A stretch of 64,000 nucleotides of DNA from NCBI GenBank assembly GCA_965112735.1, contig OZ218953.1:2356001-2420000 (forward strand), read 5' to 3'. Positions 17,536 to 30,817 of this stretch are shown here, piece after piece. Every line of letters begins with the position of its first letter. Position 1 is the stretch's first letter. The stretch is from Phaeosaccion multiseriatum. Lineage: Eukaryota > Protista > Ochrophyta, other classes. The position numbers were made by a program, and so were the translations under genes. The notes below the pieces were generated by a model. The model was not told the origin of the DNA. It did not search any database and saw only the letters and a list, made by a program, of their open reading frames with translations.

Positions 17536-18979
17536 ATGATCAGTCAGTACTGCTTGAGGCTCGGGGGGGGCGTACGGAAGCGCTCGCTGGCTTCAGCGGC
17601 GTGGCAAGCTCTGCCTCAGCAGTTGCCACCCCGATCCCAGACTCCCTTTAAACGAGATACTCTGCCGAGGAGCGCTTCCTCTTTCAGTAGCAAGAGTAAT
17701 GGTCTTATGCCATCGGTCTTCGAGTACAAGTCCACGCCGTTCAACAGGTAATGCGAGATCATTAAGCATGTTTTTTCCCCTCTCCCCTGTAGCCCTTCCA
17801 AACCTTTTATCCGCTACCCACCTGCCAATGGGTCTGTTGTATGCCCTTGGCGTGCACCCTCTTTGCTGTTGCGTGCAGCGCGACGATTGACGTCTCTAAA
17901 GCGGCTCCACCGGACGGGGATTCCGCCATGTGGGCTCTGAAGCTCCACTCAACCCTCAACCACCTCAAGGCTAAGGGAAAGGCGGTGAGTGCAGCCAGCA
18001 AGTGGGTTTCACTTGATCGAAACCATGCCATTTCGATCATGCTCCCTTCGCTCAATACCGTCGATATCGGGGGAAAGGGGCTAACCATAGCCGGAGCGAG
18101 CGCAAGGATAAGCTCAATGGTGATGCAGCGGCAGAGTCAACGCCGCTGGTCGCGAAGGGTACCCGTTCATGGAGGGAGACGGGGCGATAGAGAGAGGCAG
18201 AGAAGGACCCATCGGTTCTCGGGAGAAGCTTAGTCAACCCACAAGAGAGGGGGTCTACTGTCTCTTTCCCAGCAGCCCTCTCTTCACCGTCAAGCGCATC
18301 CCGTCTTGATTCGTCCTCTATCCTAAACATGCGTATCCTCGCTCCTGCATGCGGTGCTCACACCCAACTCTACCTCTGGAGTACGAGGTTCAATGTGTTG
18401 CCCCCCCCCCCCCCCCTACCTACTCGTTCGGGTAACACCCCTTGAATCCCACATCTACTCATCTCTTGCTCGTGCCCTCCCCCCGCCCTCCCTCCCCGTT
18501 TCCATGGGTAACCCCCCCCCCCCCAAACCGGATTTCCGCCGCGCCTGTGCATGGTGGACAGGCTCTGTGGTTAAAGATTCCAATGGATTACTCGCATTAC
18601 ATCTCCATCTGCGGCCACTATGGCTTCAAATTTCATCACACACAACCCGACTTCGCCATGATGGTCTCGTGGCTGCCCACCAACGTCCCCAATAAGATAC
18701 CCGCTTTTGCCTCGCACCATGTGGGAGTGGCGGGCTGCGTCATCAACGACAAGGAGGAGGTGCTCGTGGTGAAGGAGAGGAACGAGGCGAGGGGTGGCAG
18801 CATGTGGAAGTTCCCGGGGGGCATCGCGGGTGAGTTGCGGCCTATCTGTTCTATGTGCTTGTGTATCGGCGTGCGTATCTGTCTGGCTGTCTGTCTGTCT
18901 GTCTGTCTGGCTGGCTGTCTGGCTGTCTGTCCGTCTGTCCGTCTGTCTGTCTGTCTGTCTGGCTGGCTGTCTGTCTGCC

Positions 18980-19046
<67 letters not shown>

Positions 19047-20254
19047 GTGTCTGTCAGTCTGTCTGTCTGTCTGTCTATCTGTCTGTCTGTCTGTCTTTCT
19101 GCCTGTCTATCCGTCTGTCCGTCTGTCTGTCTGCCTGCCTGTCTGTCCGTCTGTCTGTCTGTCTGGAACATACGAATGAAAGGCCAGTTGACTTGGGGAG
19201 AGGGCTGGACCGGGGTCGCGGCATGAGCCAAGGATGAAGCTGTGCCTCCCCCCCCCCCTCCTCCCATGCTTATTCCATTCCTTCCTCATTCACCACACTG
19301 CTGCTCCTTTGTCCCTCGTTGTTGATGGCCAAACCCTGCTCGGCGGGTACAGACGTCGGCGAGGATATCGGACAAGCAGCAACCCGGGAAGGTGAGAGAG
19401 AGAGAGAGGAAAAACTCTTGAGTTTTATGCGCAGAGCCCAGATAGTGAAGCTCTGTTAGGCCAACAGCCAGCCTCCTTGCACCATTCTCTATCTGCTAAC
19501 GGAGTCGACACGCACACACATGCGCGATGTACGACTGGGAAGCACGTTGACTCACACGTCACTCGCCTTCGCCGGCATCCTGCTCGATTGTGGCCCTCTC
19601 TTACTCTCTCCAGTTCTAGAGGAGACGGGCATTCAGGCCAACTTCCAAAGCATCGTGACCTTCCGCCAGTCTCACAAGACGGCGTACGGCAACAGCGACC
19701 TCTACTTCTTCTGCAGGATGAAGGCCGAGAGCTCTGACATTAAGACGTGTGCGCACGAGATTCTCGAGGTACCACGAGTACGAGTACGAGTACGAGTACA
19801 CGATCGTTTACGCTGTATGTCGCCTCTTTGGTATCAGTCGTACCGCAAAAGCAGACCACCCCGCCCCCCCCCCCCCTCTCCCACACCCAAACACACTAGT
19901 GCTGACATCTGCCCGCCTTGCCGCTGCCCTCGTGAGCCCCTGCCGACAGCCTTCTACTATATTGACCCCTGCTGCTCCCCTGTCGCTCACGCCTCCTTGA
20001 CCTGTCTTGCTGCCCCCCCCACTTGCTCTTCTCGCCGCTACCTACCGCCCCATATGACCGATCGACCGACCGTCCCCCCATAGGCACGATGGATGCCTCT
20101 TGCGCAGGTGGGAGCTGAGATGCAGTCCCCCATGCTGCAGGCCGTGGGCAGCCTTCTCACAAAGAATGCGGCCGATACCGACATTATCAAGACGGAGCAC
20201 CCCTCTGTGGACCCCACGCGACCGCCCAACCAGCTTTACCATCGCCCTTTGTAG
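17536..20254 (+). CDS. Nudix hydrolase, NUDT6 / plant NUDT2-8-like, with a possible N-terminal organelle transit peptide, about 6 exons
   Basis: Pre-Nudix segment ALWLKIP...GFKFHH...WLP...[11 protein letters not shown]. The Nudix box WKFPGGIA|[13 protein letters not shown]|VLEETGI is split over exons. Also FRQSH...SDLYFFC. Ends NQLYHRPL* at 20254. Confidence 0.9.
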
Positions 20255-21206
20255 AGAGAGAGAGAGAGAGAGACTTTCGTAACGCTCCTCGACGCAGGGG
20301 TGCTTACTTGTTAACTCGCTTCAATAGAACTGTCTTGTCTATACACAGTTTTTGCAGCTGCTTCGCGTAGCGTACTACCTATGGTACACTTTCAACGCCC
20401 ATCACACATGGGACCTTGCAAAGCAGCCCCCAAGAACGAAGAGCCGAAGTGTTTCCACAGCACAGAGGACACAGACAGCGCCTCTTGGAGGACCTCTCCA
20501 GGGCTCGCCAGCTCGACTTTGCAGGAGACAAGCCGTTCAAAGGGATGGGAGACGGGCAGCAGGTCTCAAAGAAGCGGTTCCAAAGCCTCCAGGGATCGTC
20601 TCCCCTTCGCCTTCACAGGTGCGAGCGTGTGAAAGGTACTGCGACGGGTCGCCACTGGTACTGAAGCTGCTCACGCCAGCCTCCCATCCTTCCACTGACG
20701 TTCCCGCTCAGCAGCGAATACTTGGTGTCCGTGGGTGCTTATCCTGTCGTGTCCATCGTGCCACTCATACTGCAGCCTCTGCTCCTTCGTGTGGCTGCGG
20801 CCTCCTCTTGGGTAGAGCTCCTTCTCGGTGGAGCTGGCAAGAGTTCCCCCCCTTGAAGCTTGTGGCTGCGTCTGCTGGTTCACCTTCCCCAACCCGCCTG
20901 CCAAACAACCCTGCAGCTGATGGTGCAGGGCCCTCCAAACAACCCTGCAGCTGATGGTGCAGGGCCCTCTCATGCTCCGGGAGGTCACGCCCCGACGCAA
21001 GTCTCGCTCGGCAACTCCTCCTCTCCCCCTCCTCCTCCGGCCACTTGATCGTTTCCGAAGAGATAATTCGGGCAAGCACGACGCAACGTCTCAAGCACAG
21101 GGTGAGGTGTGAATCCGAGCCTGGAGCCATAGCCTCTATCGTCTGCCACACCCTTACCGCAGACCTCCGGGGGGCAAATGGGGTCCCTGCTCTAGTTCGT
21201 TTGGCG

Positions 21207-22087
21207 TCACCGCCTTGCTATCTTTGCCGCGGTGCTGCTGCTCGCGCCCTTTCTCGCCCTTTTCTGGCTCACCCCCGAGCCCCCGCAGGCCGAGCACTTA
21301 TCCTCGATGGAGTCGGATGCCTGACCCAGCACAATGTCTTCAAGCGTCCGCCAGCCTGACCGCCAGAGGCTCTTGTCCTTTAGCTCGCTGATGCTGATCT
21401 CCTTCAGCTGCAGCAAGAGACAGACCCGATGGGACAGCGAGGGGGGAAGAACGGAGGGAGGGAGGGAGGGAGGAAGGAGAGAAGATGAGAGCTGATGCCA
21501 CATTAGTTGTACGGAGTTGGACTGGAGAGAAAATCCACACAACAACGGGGGTTGATGCCGACGAACGTAGCATCACATTAACCTCCCCTTTGGCCTCCCT
21601 CCCTCCTCACCTTCACCCTGTCCAGGGCTTTGCCGCATGTCGATGACATATCGACGGTGTTCTTGGACCGGATCCCCTTCACTAGATAGTGCCGTGCCCC
21701 AAGCCTGGTCTGGCAAGCAGTCCACTTGGAGCCCACCAACGCCTTCGTGTTAATGGGGTTCTTCCCGGGTTTAGGCTTGACCCTTCCCTTACCGCCGCAC
21801 TTTCTACACGCGTCTTGCGCAGCGATCGCAACCGCAGCATCATGGTCCGACTTGCGTGCTACCTCCTGCTGCTGCGGCTTCCCCTGCTGCTGTGCCATGC
21901 CCAATGTGGTGATGCCATCTCGAGGCCCAGTCCTGAACCCCCTTGGTGGTTGTGAGAGCGGTGGTACGGATGACGATGACTGTCGTACATACCGAGGCTT
22001 GAGAGATGCTACAGTTGCCCAGCCATCCACCGAGGAGCAGTAGTAGCAGCTCAAGACGAGGCTCAAGACGAGACAAGGGGAAAGCAT
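21207..22087 (-). CDS. Signal-peptide protein with a TIGR02450/DUF2389 Trp-rich domain flanked by CxxCxGxG motifs, 2 exons (22087-21611, about 21409-21207)
   Basis: NPINTKALVGSKWTA...HYLV...ISELKDKSLWRSGW resembles the TIGR02450 pattern, with CRKCGGKG before it and CSACGGSG after it. Hydrophobic N-terminus. Confidence 0.75.
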
Positions 22088-22524
22088 TCTTTTGAACCAG
22101 TCCGCTCTGATCAGGCCTCACCCTGCGCGGAGAAGTCCCACTCCTCCTCCAAGTCGAAAGCGGAGCGCTATGAAAGAGCTTTGGAGGGGAAAACAAAGGG
22201 GAGAACGAGCCGGTGGGAGGAGGAGGGCGCTATGGGAAGAGGAACAAGGAGGAGAAAATGATGAGGTGGAGGCGTCGCCAAAATCGAATTCCAACACGCG
22301 AACGAGAAAGGCGAAGCTCGGATCCGATCCGAGTATCTCATTTCTTATACCTCGTACAGAGCCTGCACTTGCCGGGATATACCTTCCTATTATAAAACAC
22401 ATCAGTAGAGAAGCAGTACTATGTCGGGAGGGGGGCAGTGGGGTGGTGTTGGCGGGAGATGTGCACCCGTTCTCCTGTTTCCCGCTTGACCTCGTCCATC
22501 GCGGCGAAGCGCGGGGGGCGGGAA

Positions 22525-25148
22525 ATGGACACTTCTGGAGATGAAAGGAGCGGCAGCAGAGGAGCGGAGACTCCACAGCCCAATGTAGAGGGGAGACTCA
22601 GCGTGTGCGTGACGAAGATGGCCTTCAAGCTCGCACCAGCCCACCCTCTCTTCCCGCTGACCGTCAAATCTTCCAAGCTGCTGGTTTTCCAAGTGTGGGG
22701 GACGACACTAGAAGGACAGAAAGTCCTCGTCAATGTCCACGGGGTGAGTGAGTGTCCAGCCGCTTCTCGTCGTGATTTTAGCCTCTCGGCAAATCGTATT
22801 CACTGCCTCCCTTCCCGCCCCTCCCGCCCTCAAGGTCTTTCGGTACTTGCTCTTCAAGCCCAAGACCCTTCGGCAGGATGAGGGGATATACACAGTGGAC
22901 GAACGCGATTGGTCTCGTGCCTTCAGGACCCCAGACATCCTGAGGGCGCGTCTGCACAGCCTTGAAGGGGCCATCAATGGCCTCAAAAGAGGACCTCCCA
23001 TTGTGGCCAGACTGGACATGGTGAGGGGAAGGCAGATCTACGGCTTCCACGACAGCGAAGAGCTATTCGTGAAGGTCTCTCTGCTCAGTCCCATCTACTT
23101 GCGCGTGGTCAGGGACGCCCTGCAGGACGGGGACGTCGAACGGTGTCGGTTCGCCGTGTTCGAAGCTCACCTCGACCCACTCCAACAGTTCCGAGCGGAT
23201 TACAACATCGCTGGGTGCGCGGTTACGCACATCGACCTCAGCCCAGGGAGGGCGCGGTTTCGTCTACCTCTTCCACGCAAGGAGGAGTGCGAAGAGCAGG
23301 GCTGGGAACTGCACGAAGGTTCCGTCCCTGCCAGCTGGAGAGTCGAGGAGCCTAGAGAGTCTGCACTGCAGAGGCAGGGTAGAAAGGAACACTTGAAGGC
23401 GCGGAGACAGAAGCTGCAGCAGCAGCGGCAGGAGCAGCAGCAGCGGGAGCAGGAGCGGCAGCAGAAGCAGCAGGAGCAGCAGAAGCAGCAGCAACGGCAG
23501 CAGCAGAAACAGCTCCAGGCACAAACAGAGGCACAGCGAGCAGTACAAGCCAAAAACCCCTATAAAGTGCAGCAGCGAACGCCAATGGAACGCCCCCATC
23601 CGCCGGTCGCTCCTCGACCAGCACAGACGGCGGCTCCAAATGCACCCTCCGCCTACGTCCCGCCAATGCAAGTCCCTTACTTCCGAAAGACGTCAATCAA
23701 CGCCATCGAGCTTGACATCTACGCCTTTGACATCTGCAACCCCCACCTCGTGGACCGGAGCTCTGGATGTGTGCTGCCCTGTCTTGAGCCTGCCATGAAG
23801 GAGGAGAGAGATCGAAGTCGGTAAGACACAGAGGAAGGGCTGTTTTGGGGGGTGAGCAGCCGCACCGGAGGCTCTGCCTGCCACTCCCCACCAACGCTGC
23901 CCCGCCACTCCATCATTCTCATACCCCCCCCTCCATCACACCCCACACCGCACTGCACCCCACAACAACACAACACAACTCACAACTCACAACACGCCAC
24001 AAACCACTCGCAGGGCTAATGCCGCACTGGAGGGTCTGGCCTCTGCCAATGAGCTCGAGCTTGGAGCCACTCAGGAGGTGTACACAGTGCAGCGAGGGCT
24101 TGTCACCGATGAAGAGCAGCGGCTCAACGTTGAGTGCCTTCGCCTCGTGAGGGACACGACGAAGGACGGGACAGGAGGGGAAGGAGGAGGAGGAGGAGGA
24201 GGAGGAGGAGGAGGAGGAGGAGGAGGAGGAGGGGGGGGGTGTCAGAAGGAGTCGTCGAGGTTGGAGTCAGTGGAGAGGAGCCAGGTGTGCGCCATGCTCG
24301 CTGAGGAGCGACGGGAGGTCGAGAAGCGGTGGGCGCGGTTGGCGTCAGCAGTAGGAGGAGCAGGGCGGGGAGGAGGGGGAGGAGGAGCAGGAGCAGGAAT
24401 GGGAGGAAGAGAAATGGACCACGGGCAGGCCGCCCGTCGAGGGGAAGTGGGAAGTGTTGACGACGTGGAGGACCAAGCGCAGGTGCACAAAGAGAGGGAG
24501 AAGGCGAAGGAGGAGCAGGAGGGGACGCAGCAGGTGAAAGGCGAGGAGAAGGATGAGGTGGTGAGAGACTACGAGGAGGAGGAAGAGGAGGAGGACGAGG
24601 TGGTAGTGGACTACGAGGATGAGGAAGAGGACGAGGAGGAGGACGAGGAGGAGGAATTTAGTCGGAGTCAGTACGAAAAAAGGCCCGCGAGAGAGCTAGA
24701 GTTCATTGCGCTACGCGAAGAGGCAAGAGTCGGGTCTCAGGCGAGTGAACTGAGCCAACAAAGTCAAGCGAGCAGTGCTGGCTACGGAGGGAGTAGGTCC
24801 AGCGGGGGAGTGAGCGTAGGCGGTGAGGCAGAGGAGGCGTCTCAGAGTCTTGAAGTGAACTCCCTGCCTTCCGACTGGCAGGACATCCATGATTGTACTG
24901 CGCAGGAAGAAGAGGAGGAGGAGGAGAAAGAAGCCTTGACTTCGGACTGGCAGGAGATCCTCGACAGTACTCAGCATGGGGGAGGGGGGGGAGAGGAGGA
25001 AGCGCAGGAGGCAGAAGGAGACCAAGGTGTGCGTGACATGGAACATGATGAGGAACATGAGGAAGATGATGATGATGATGATGATGATGATTACGATGGT
25101 GATGATGCTGATGACGATGATGATGATGATGGTGATGATGATGATGAC

Positions 25149-25186
<38 letters not shown>

Positions 25187-27248
25187 GGAGGAGGAGGAGG
25201 AGGAGTACTATAGTGGCCTCAGCGAAGGTGCCGGTGCGATTGGCAGTGGTGGAGGCGGTGGCAGAGGCCATGATGGAGAGGGAAGTAGAGGAGGTGGTGA
25301 CTCCCCTGGGGAAGGTGAAGACGATGATGAAGACGGCCGCCGCGGAGAGGGAGGGGGAGGGGGAGGACAAGGCCGGTCGGGAGGCGCCAGCAACGAGCGG
25401 GGTGAGTACTACCATCGGACGCGCGCGGGGAGTGGCGAGCAAGCGGTGCGCCCTGCGGAGGGCGGACAAGACTCGGAGAAGGGAGGGGGGAGATGGAGAG
25501 AGGGGAAAGAGCGGAAGAGGAGGCCCGCCGCGAGAAGGCCCCTACAGGAGGGGCAGGAGCGGGACCATGTGGGGATGCAGGAGGAGGAGAAGGAGCAGGA
25601 GCAGGAGGATGAACAGGAGGAGGAGGAGGAGGAGGAGGAGGAGGAGAAGGAGGAGGAGCGCACGCGCTACTCCCCGACCAAACCCGAACCCTCCGAGGGA
25701 GGTGATTGGAGGCAGCTTCGGGGCAGTGCATCCTCTGGGCGAGCTCTTCCAGTTGAGTAGTGGGAAGAGGTTGAAGCGAAGAGTCATGTAAACACATGCG
25801 GGTGGGTGGATTGCTTGCACTCACACAGAGAGACCTTTGGCATGCACTCCACGTAGGGGGGGGGGCTGTGACCCTTGACCATATACACACTGTCCTCGTC
25901 CTCGTCTCGCGCGTCTGTCCGTCTGTCTCCTTTCTCCTCAGAGAAATGGCCCCACAAGCGTAAGCTTTGCGGCACCGCTGTCCAAACCCGGGGGCCTGTC
26001 AAAGAGTACATCGAGGCGAGAGAGAGGGAATGCTGGCCCGCACAAGGGGGTTGACGCCCGCGGGGTGGGCCCACCCAAGGGGGAAGACGTGGTTAGGCCA
26101 GTAGCAGCAGCAGCAGCAGCAGCAACAGGAACAGCAGCAGCAGATGGTGATACGGTAGCAGCGGCGGGAGTCAATGCCAACGCAGACTGGGGCGGAGGAG
26201 AGTACTTTGGTGACGACCATCACCCTCACCATCAGGCTATGGACAGAGAGGACAAGGGGGGGGAGGAGGGGGATGAGGAGGAGGAGGAGGAGGTGGAGGA
26301 ACCGCGCGGGGGGGGCGATATGGGACGGTATCGTCAAGGCTCGACGATTGGCATCCGAAAGCGGGGAAGGAAGAGACAGACAGCACCACGAGAGCTGGGG
26401 AGCGTGATTGTAAAGAAGGCAGGCACGGAGAGGATAGAAGAGCAGGCAGGGGACATCAATGTGGACTCTGGGGACGAAGAACAGGAGTATGCGCTGCAGG
26501 ACGGAGGAAGAGGAGGAAGAGGAGGAGGAGGAGGAGGAGGAGGAGGGGGAGGAGGAGGAGGAGGAGGAGGAGGAGGAGGAGGAGGAGGAGGAGGAGGAGG
26601 AGGGAGAGGAATAGTCCTCAACGTATCCAGAGTGCGAAAGCATTTCCCTCCGTTTGGATGGTTCGAAGGAAAGGTGGTGCGATTTGATCGCACGACGGGC
26701 TGGTACAGAGTGCTCTATTCCGACGGGGAGACGGAGGAATACACCTACCATGAGCTGGAGAAAATTTTGGTGCTCGTCAACGACGACGACGACGACGACG
26801 AGGAGGAGGAGGAGGAGGAGGAGGAGGATGGGGAGGAGGAGGAGGATGGGGAGGAGGAGAAAGGGGGGAGGGAAGCAGGTGCGCGAGCCTTGGGCTTTGA
26901 ACGGGACCAGAAGAGGTCCAGCAAGAGGAAGAGAGGACGCATGGGCACTCACGATGATGATGCGGGGGTTAAGGGGGTGGGGCAGTCGTCAGCAGACGAC
27001 TCGGCAGATGCGTCGGGTATGGATGTTGGTGGTACCCAAATAGAGGCCGGAGAGGAGCATGACGACCATCCGCGAATAAAGAGGGGGAAGACCGGTAGCT
27101 CCTCTAGCGGCGACAGTGATGGGCATGGTGAGGAGGAGGACGCCTCGGGAGAGGGTGGGGGTGGGAGTGGGCAGATCGTCATTGCTGAGACTCCCGTGGA
27201 TGAGCAGCGCTCGTCCTCGCACGACGACGACGAAGACGACGACCAGGA

Positions 27249-27280
<32 letters not shown>

Positions 27281-27305
27281 ATGATGATAGTGGTGATGAT
27301 GGTGG

Positions 27306-27364
<59 letters not shown>

Positions 27365-30300
27365 GTGATGATGACGATGATGATGATGGTGATGATGGTG
27401 GAGGGGGGTTTCTCCTCGAACAAGAGCATGGACAGGGACAAGGTCAGCCGCTCGATGGGGCGGCGGACGAATGGAGCACGTGGGATGGGGGCCACAAGAA
27501 AGGCGACGACGATAGGGATGACGATGATGACGAGGGGAGGGAACCGCTGGAGGAGAGAGCGGCGAGGGAGTTGCGGCAGGAAGGGGTGGAGGTGAGCGTG
27601 CCCGCGGACTTGTTTAGGTTTGGGAGCGGCTCCTTGGGCCAGCTCTGTGCGTTGGACGAGCTTTCGGCGAGCGCTTCTCCGTCGGACGCCTGCAGTAGAA
27701 GCAGCGGGAGTGGGAGTAGTAGTTGTAACCGTAGTAGTACAAGGGGGCACCACTGCCGCAGCAGCAGCAGCAGCAGCGGTGGTAGCAGCAGCAGTGGCAC
27801 CACCAAGAGGAAGAGGAAGAGGAGGAGGTGGAGTAGCGGAATCATGCCGGGGGAGGTGGAAGAGGGGGGGGGGGGCGGGGAGGAGGAGGGGGACGAGAAG
27901 CAGGAGGAAGAGGAGGAAGAGGAGGAGGAGCTGGAGGAAGAGGAGGAGGACAAGCAGGAGGAGGAAGAGAGGGATGAGATGGATGGGATGGAAGGAATCG
28001 GAGGAGCGTGTGAGGAAGGCGGCGATGAAGAGGAAGACGCACTGACGGGCGAGCACTTGCTGGAGGATCGCGAGGCTGGAGAGGCTGGACGGGGGAGTCG
28101 GATAGTAGCCTGGCCAAGCCTGGATGCGGCTGCTACTGCTGATGATGATGACGGGGTGGAGGAGACAAAGGGGGAGGAGCCGAGGCCGATGCCTGAAGAG
28201 CAGCAGGAACAAGAGGGCGAAGGAAAAGGAGGAGAAGGAGAAGGAGGAGGAAGAGAAGCAGAAGCAGAAGAACAAGAAGCGGGGAAAATAGGGGTACAAG
28301 AGGGACAAGGAGGGGAAGAACGAGGGCACCAGCACGAGCACCTGCGCCTGCTTCTTCCCCCCCCGTGGCTGCGTCCTCCGACGCCGTGCCGTGCTATCGA
28401 GAACCTCGTGACCATGGGGCTTCCACGGTATGTACACGTCGGACCCGTGTTCAGCAGCAGAGCAGACGCAGACAGGGCAAGCAAGGCCAAGAACAAGAGG
28501 GCGGCCTTCGGAGGGAGGAGGCAGAGCAGGAGGACGCCGCGCTTCGTGGGAGACGTGTTTCCACCCTTCCAGCCCAAAACGAAACTCAAACTCGCACTTA
28601 TGCCCACTCGCACGAGGAGAGTCAGTCGAGCGAGAGAGCCTTTGGTGGGGAAGAGAGGAGAGGGGCAAGACGCCGGCCGGACCTGCTTCCTGGTGCCTGC
28701 GTTTGAGGCTCCTCGTGTACAAGTTGTTGCTGTGTCTGCCAACTGTGACACCACCCCTGCCCCAGCGCAAGCGGGAACTGCAGGCCCGATTACTGCAGAG
28801 GTAGCCACTGTGGGGGCAGGGGCAGGGTCGAGGGTAGAGGCAGGGGCCAGGGCAGGGTTAAGGGCAGGGGTTCGGGCAGGGGGGGCGCGGCTGGCAGCAG
28901 ATGCCGCTTCGGAGACCCTCTCCCCTCTCTCGACCCCCTCGGAGTCCGCTTCTGTACGCTCGCCCCTCCCCTCCCCCGGAGCAGTAGGAGACGCTACGGA
29001 CGCAGCAGCAGGCACCAAGGGCTTACTGGGAGCAGCAGTTGGTGGTACGGCAGCAGCAGATGCAGACGCTTTGGCCATGCCCTCTCCCTCCCCTCCGCAG
29101 AAGGACGTGTTGACCCCTCCGTGCCGCAACCCGGTGAGAGGCCGTGACCTCCCCCCGCCCGTCCCTCTTGTGAGCAACACCAGAGGTGGTGGAGGAGGAG
29201 GAGTGACCATCACCAGTCGCGGAGGAGGCAGTCAGGAGAGCAGCAGCAGCAGCAGCAGCAGCAGCAAAAAGGGAGCGCGGGGGAGGGGAGGGCAGGCAAG
29301 GGGAGAGGTGTCTCAGATCTCACAGCCCTGGCGCACGCCTGTGTCGCCGGCTGCGGACATGCGACGGAAGCCAAGTCCCGCCCCAGCAGCGGCAGGTAAG
29401 GGGAAACTGAAGGAAGAAGCAGTGGCAGAGATTCGTCAGACTCAATCCTTTGGGGTTCGGACGGAAGGGGGGGACGGGTGAGCGGGGCTTTGACGTACTG
29501 GAGTGAGTGTGAAGAGACGAAGCTTCCACGTGGAAGCTTCACAAGGCCTGCCCACGCTTGGCTCGGCGAGGCAAGGAGGTGACAGTGTCAGCGGCGAAGC
29601 AGAGCGGTCGGCGGTTGCAACAAGGAATGTGCGCTGCTGCGTAGTGGCCTTGCTGGCCTCTTGTTGCCCCCTCTCCATACGCTCCTCACTACCTCGGCGA
29701 CTCCCTGCTGCCTCCGCGTGGGTCTCTCCGGCCTGCCCTCTCCTTGACCCCGTCCTCCTCCCTTGCCATGTCGGTGTCTCCTCACCACCCCCACCCTCTC
29801 CGTGTGTTTTCAAGCAGATGGCCCCCTCACGGTTGTGTCCATTGAAGTGCATGCACAACTGGCCGGCAGGGCGCTGGAGAGCCAACACGAGAGGCTGCCG
29901 GATCCCGCCAAAGATCCCATTCAAGCGGTAAGTTGAGAGAGGAGTGGCGCAGCAGCGAGGAAGACAAAGGCTCCACTCTGCTGACTCTCGTTCCCTTCGT
30001 CGCCCTTGTCGCGTGTTCCATCCTCGCCTACCATCCATCCACTACCTTCTTCTTGCTGCCATTGGACGGACCGACAGGTGGTGTGGGTCAAGCAGGACCT
30101 CTTGCACGGTGAAGCTTCTCGTGAACGCTCCGGTATACTGTGGTGGAAGCCCGTGGGGACCGCACCTAACACGTCCAACGGAGCGGCAGGAGGAGGGGCA
30201 GCAGCAGGGGCAGCGGCAATGCGAGGGGGGGCGAGTGGAGGGGGCAACAGCAGTAGCAGCAACGGGAGCAGCCGTAGTAGGAGCAGCATTTGCACGGGCA

Positions 30301-30769
30301 CAAGAGGCACAAGAGGTGTACCCGGTGGCAATTGGCGCTGGTGTCCGCTGTGCGGTCTACCTCGCGCTAAAGTGCCCGGGCGCTGTGCGTGCGTGCGCGA
30401 CGGCAGACTCTTCGACTTGCTCCAGCAGGACGAGCAGCAATGCCACGAGAGCGACTACGACGACGACGACGACGACGACGAAGAGGAGGAGGAGGAGGAG
30501 GAGGAGGAGGAGAAAGCCCATCGCGGTTGCAAGGACGGCAAGGACGCCGGTCCATGCAGCAGTAGTAGCCGCGGTAGCAGTAGCAAGATGGGCAGCAGCA
30601 GGAGCGGGAGCAGGCGGAGGGGCCTGTCGGCCATGCCGGGGAGATGGAGTCAAGCTCACGGGGTACCGCACGGAGGAAATGCAGGGGCCGCGGGAGGAAG
30701 GGAGGCGGAAGTGCGGGAGGTCGGTGGGCGTGGGCGTGAGCGTGGGCGTGGGCGTGGGCGTGCGTGTGT

Positions 30770-30817
<48 letters not shown>

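Noticed and set aside
20901-20968. 34-bp direct duplication with an internal hairpin (CCCTGCA...TGCAGGG)
   Set aside because: Only two copies and no supporting context; the neighbouring ORFs (20352-21151) show no recognisable protein.
24078-29481. The 560-aa and 1138-aa ORFs as independent genes
   Set aside because: They lie between the REV3 N-terminal and polymerase exons on the same strand and contain REV3-like motifs. The exact junction near 25700-25942 was not resolved.
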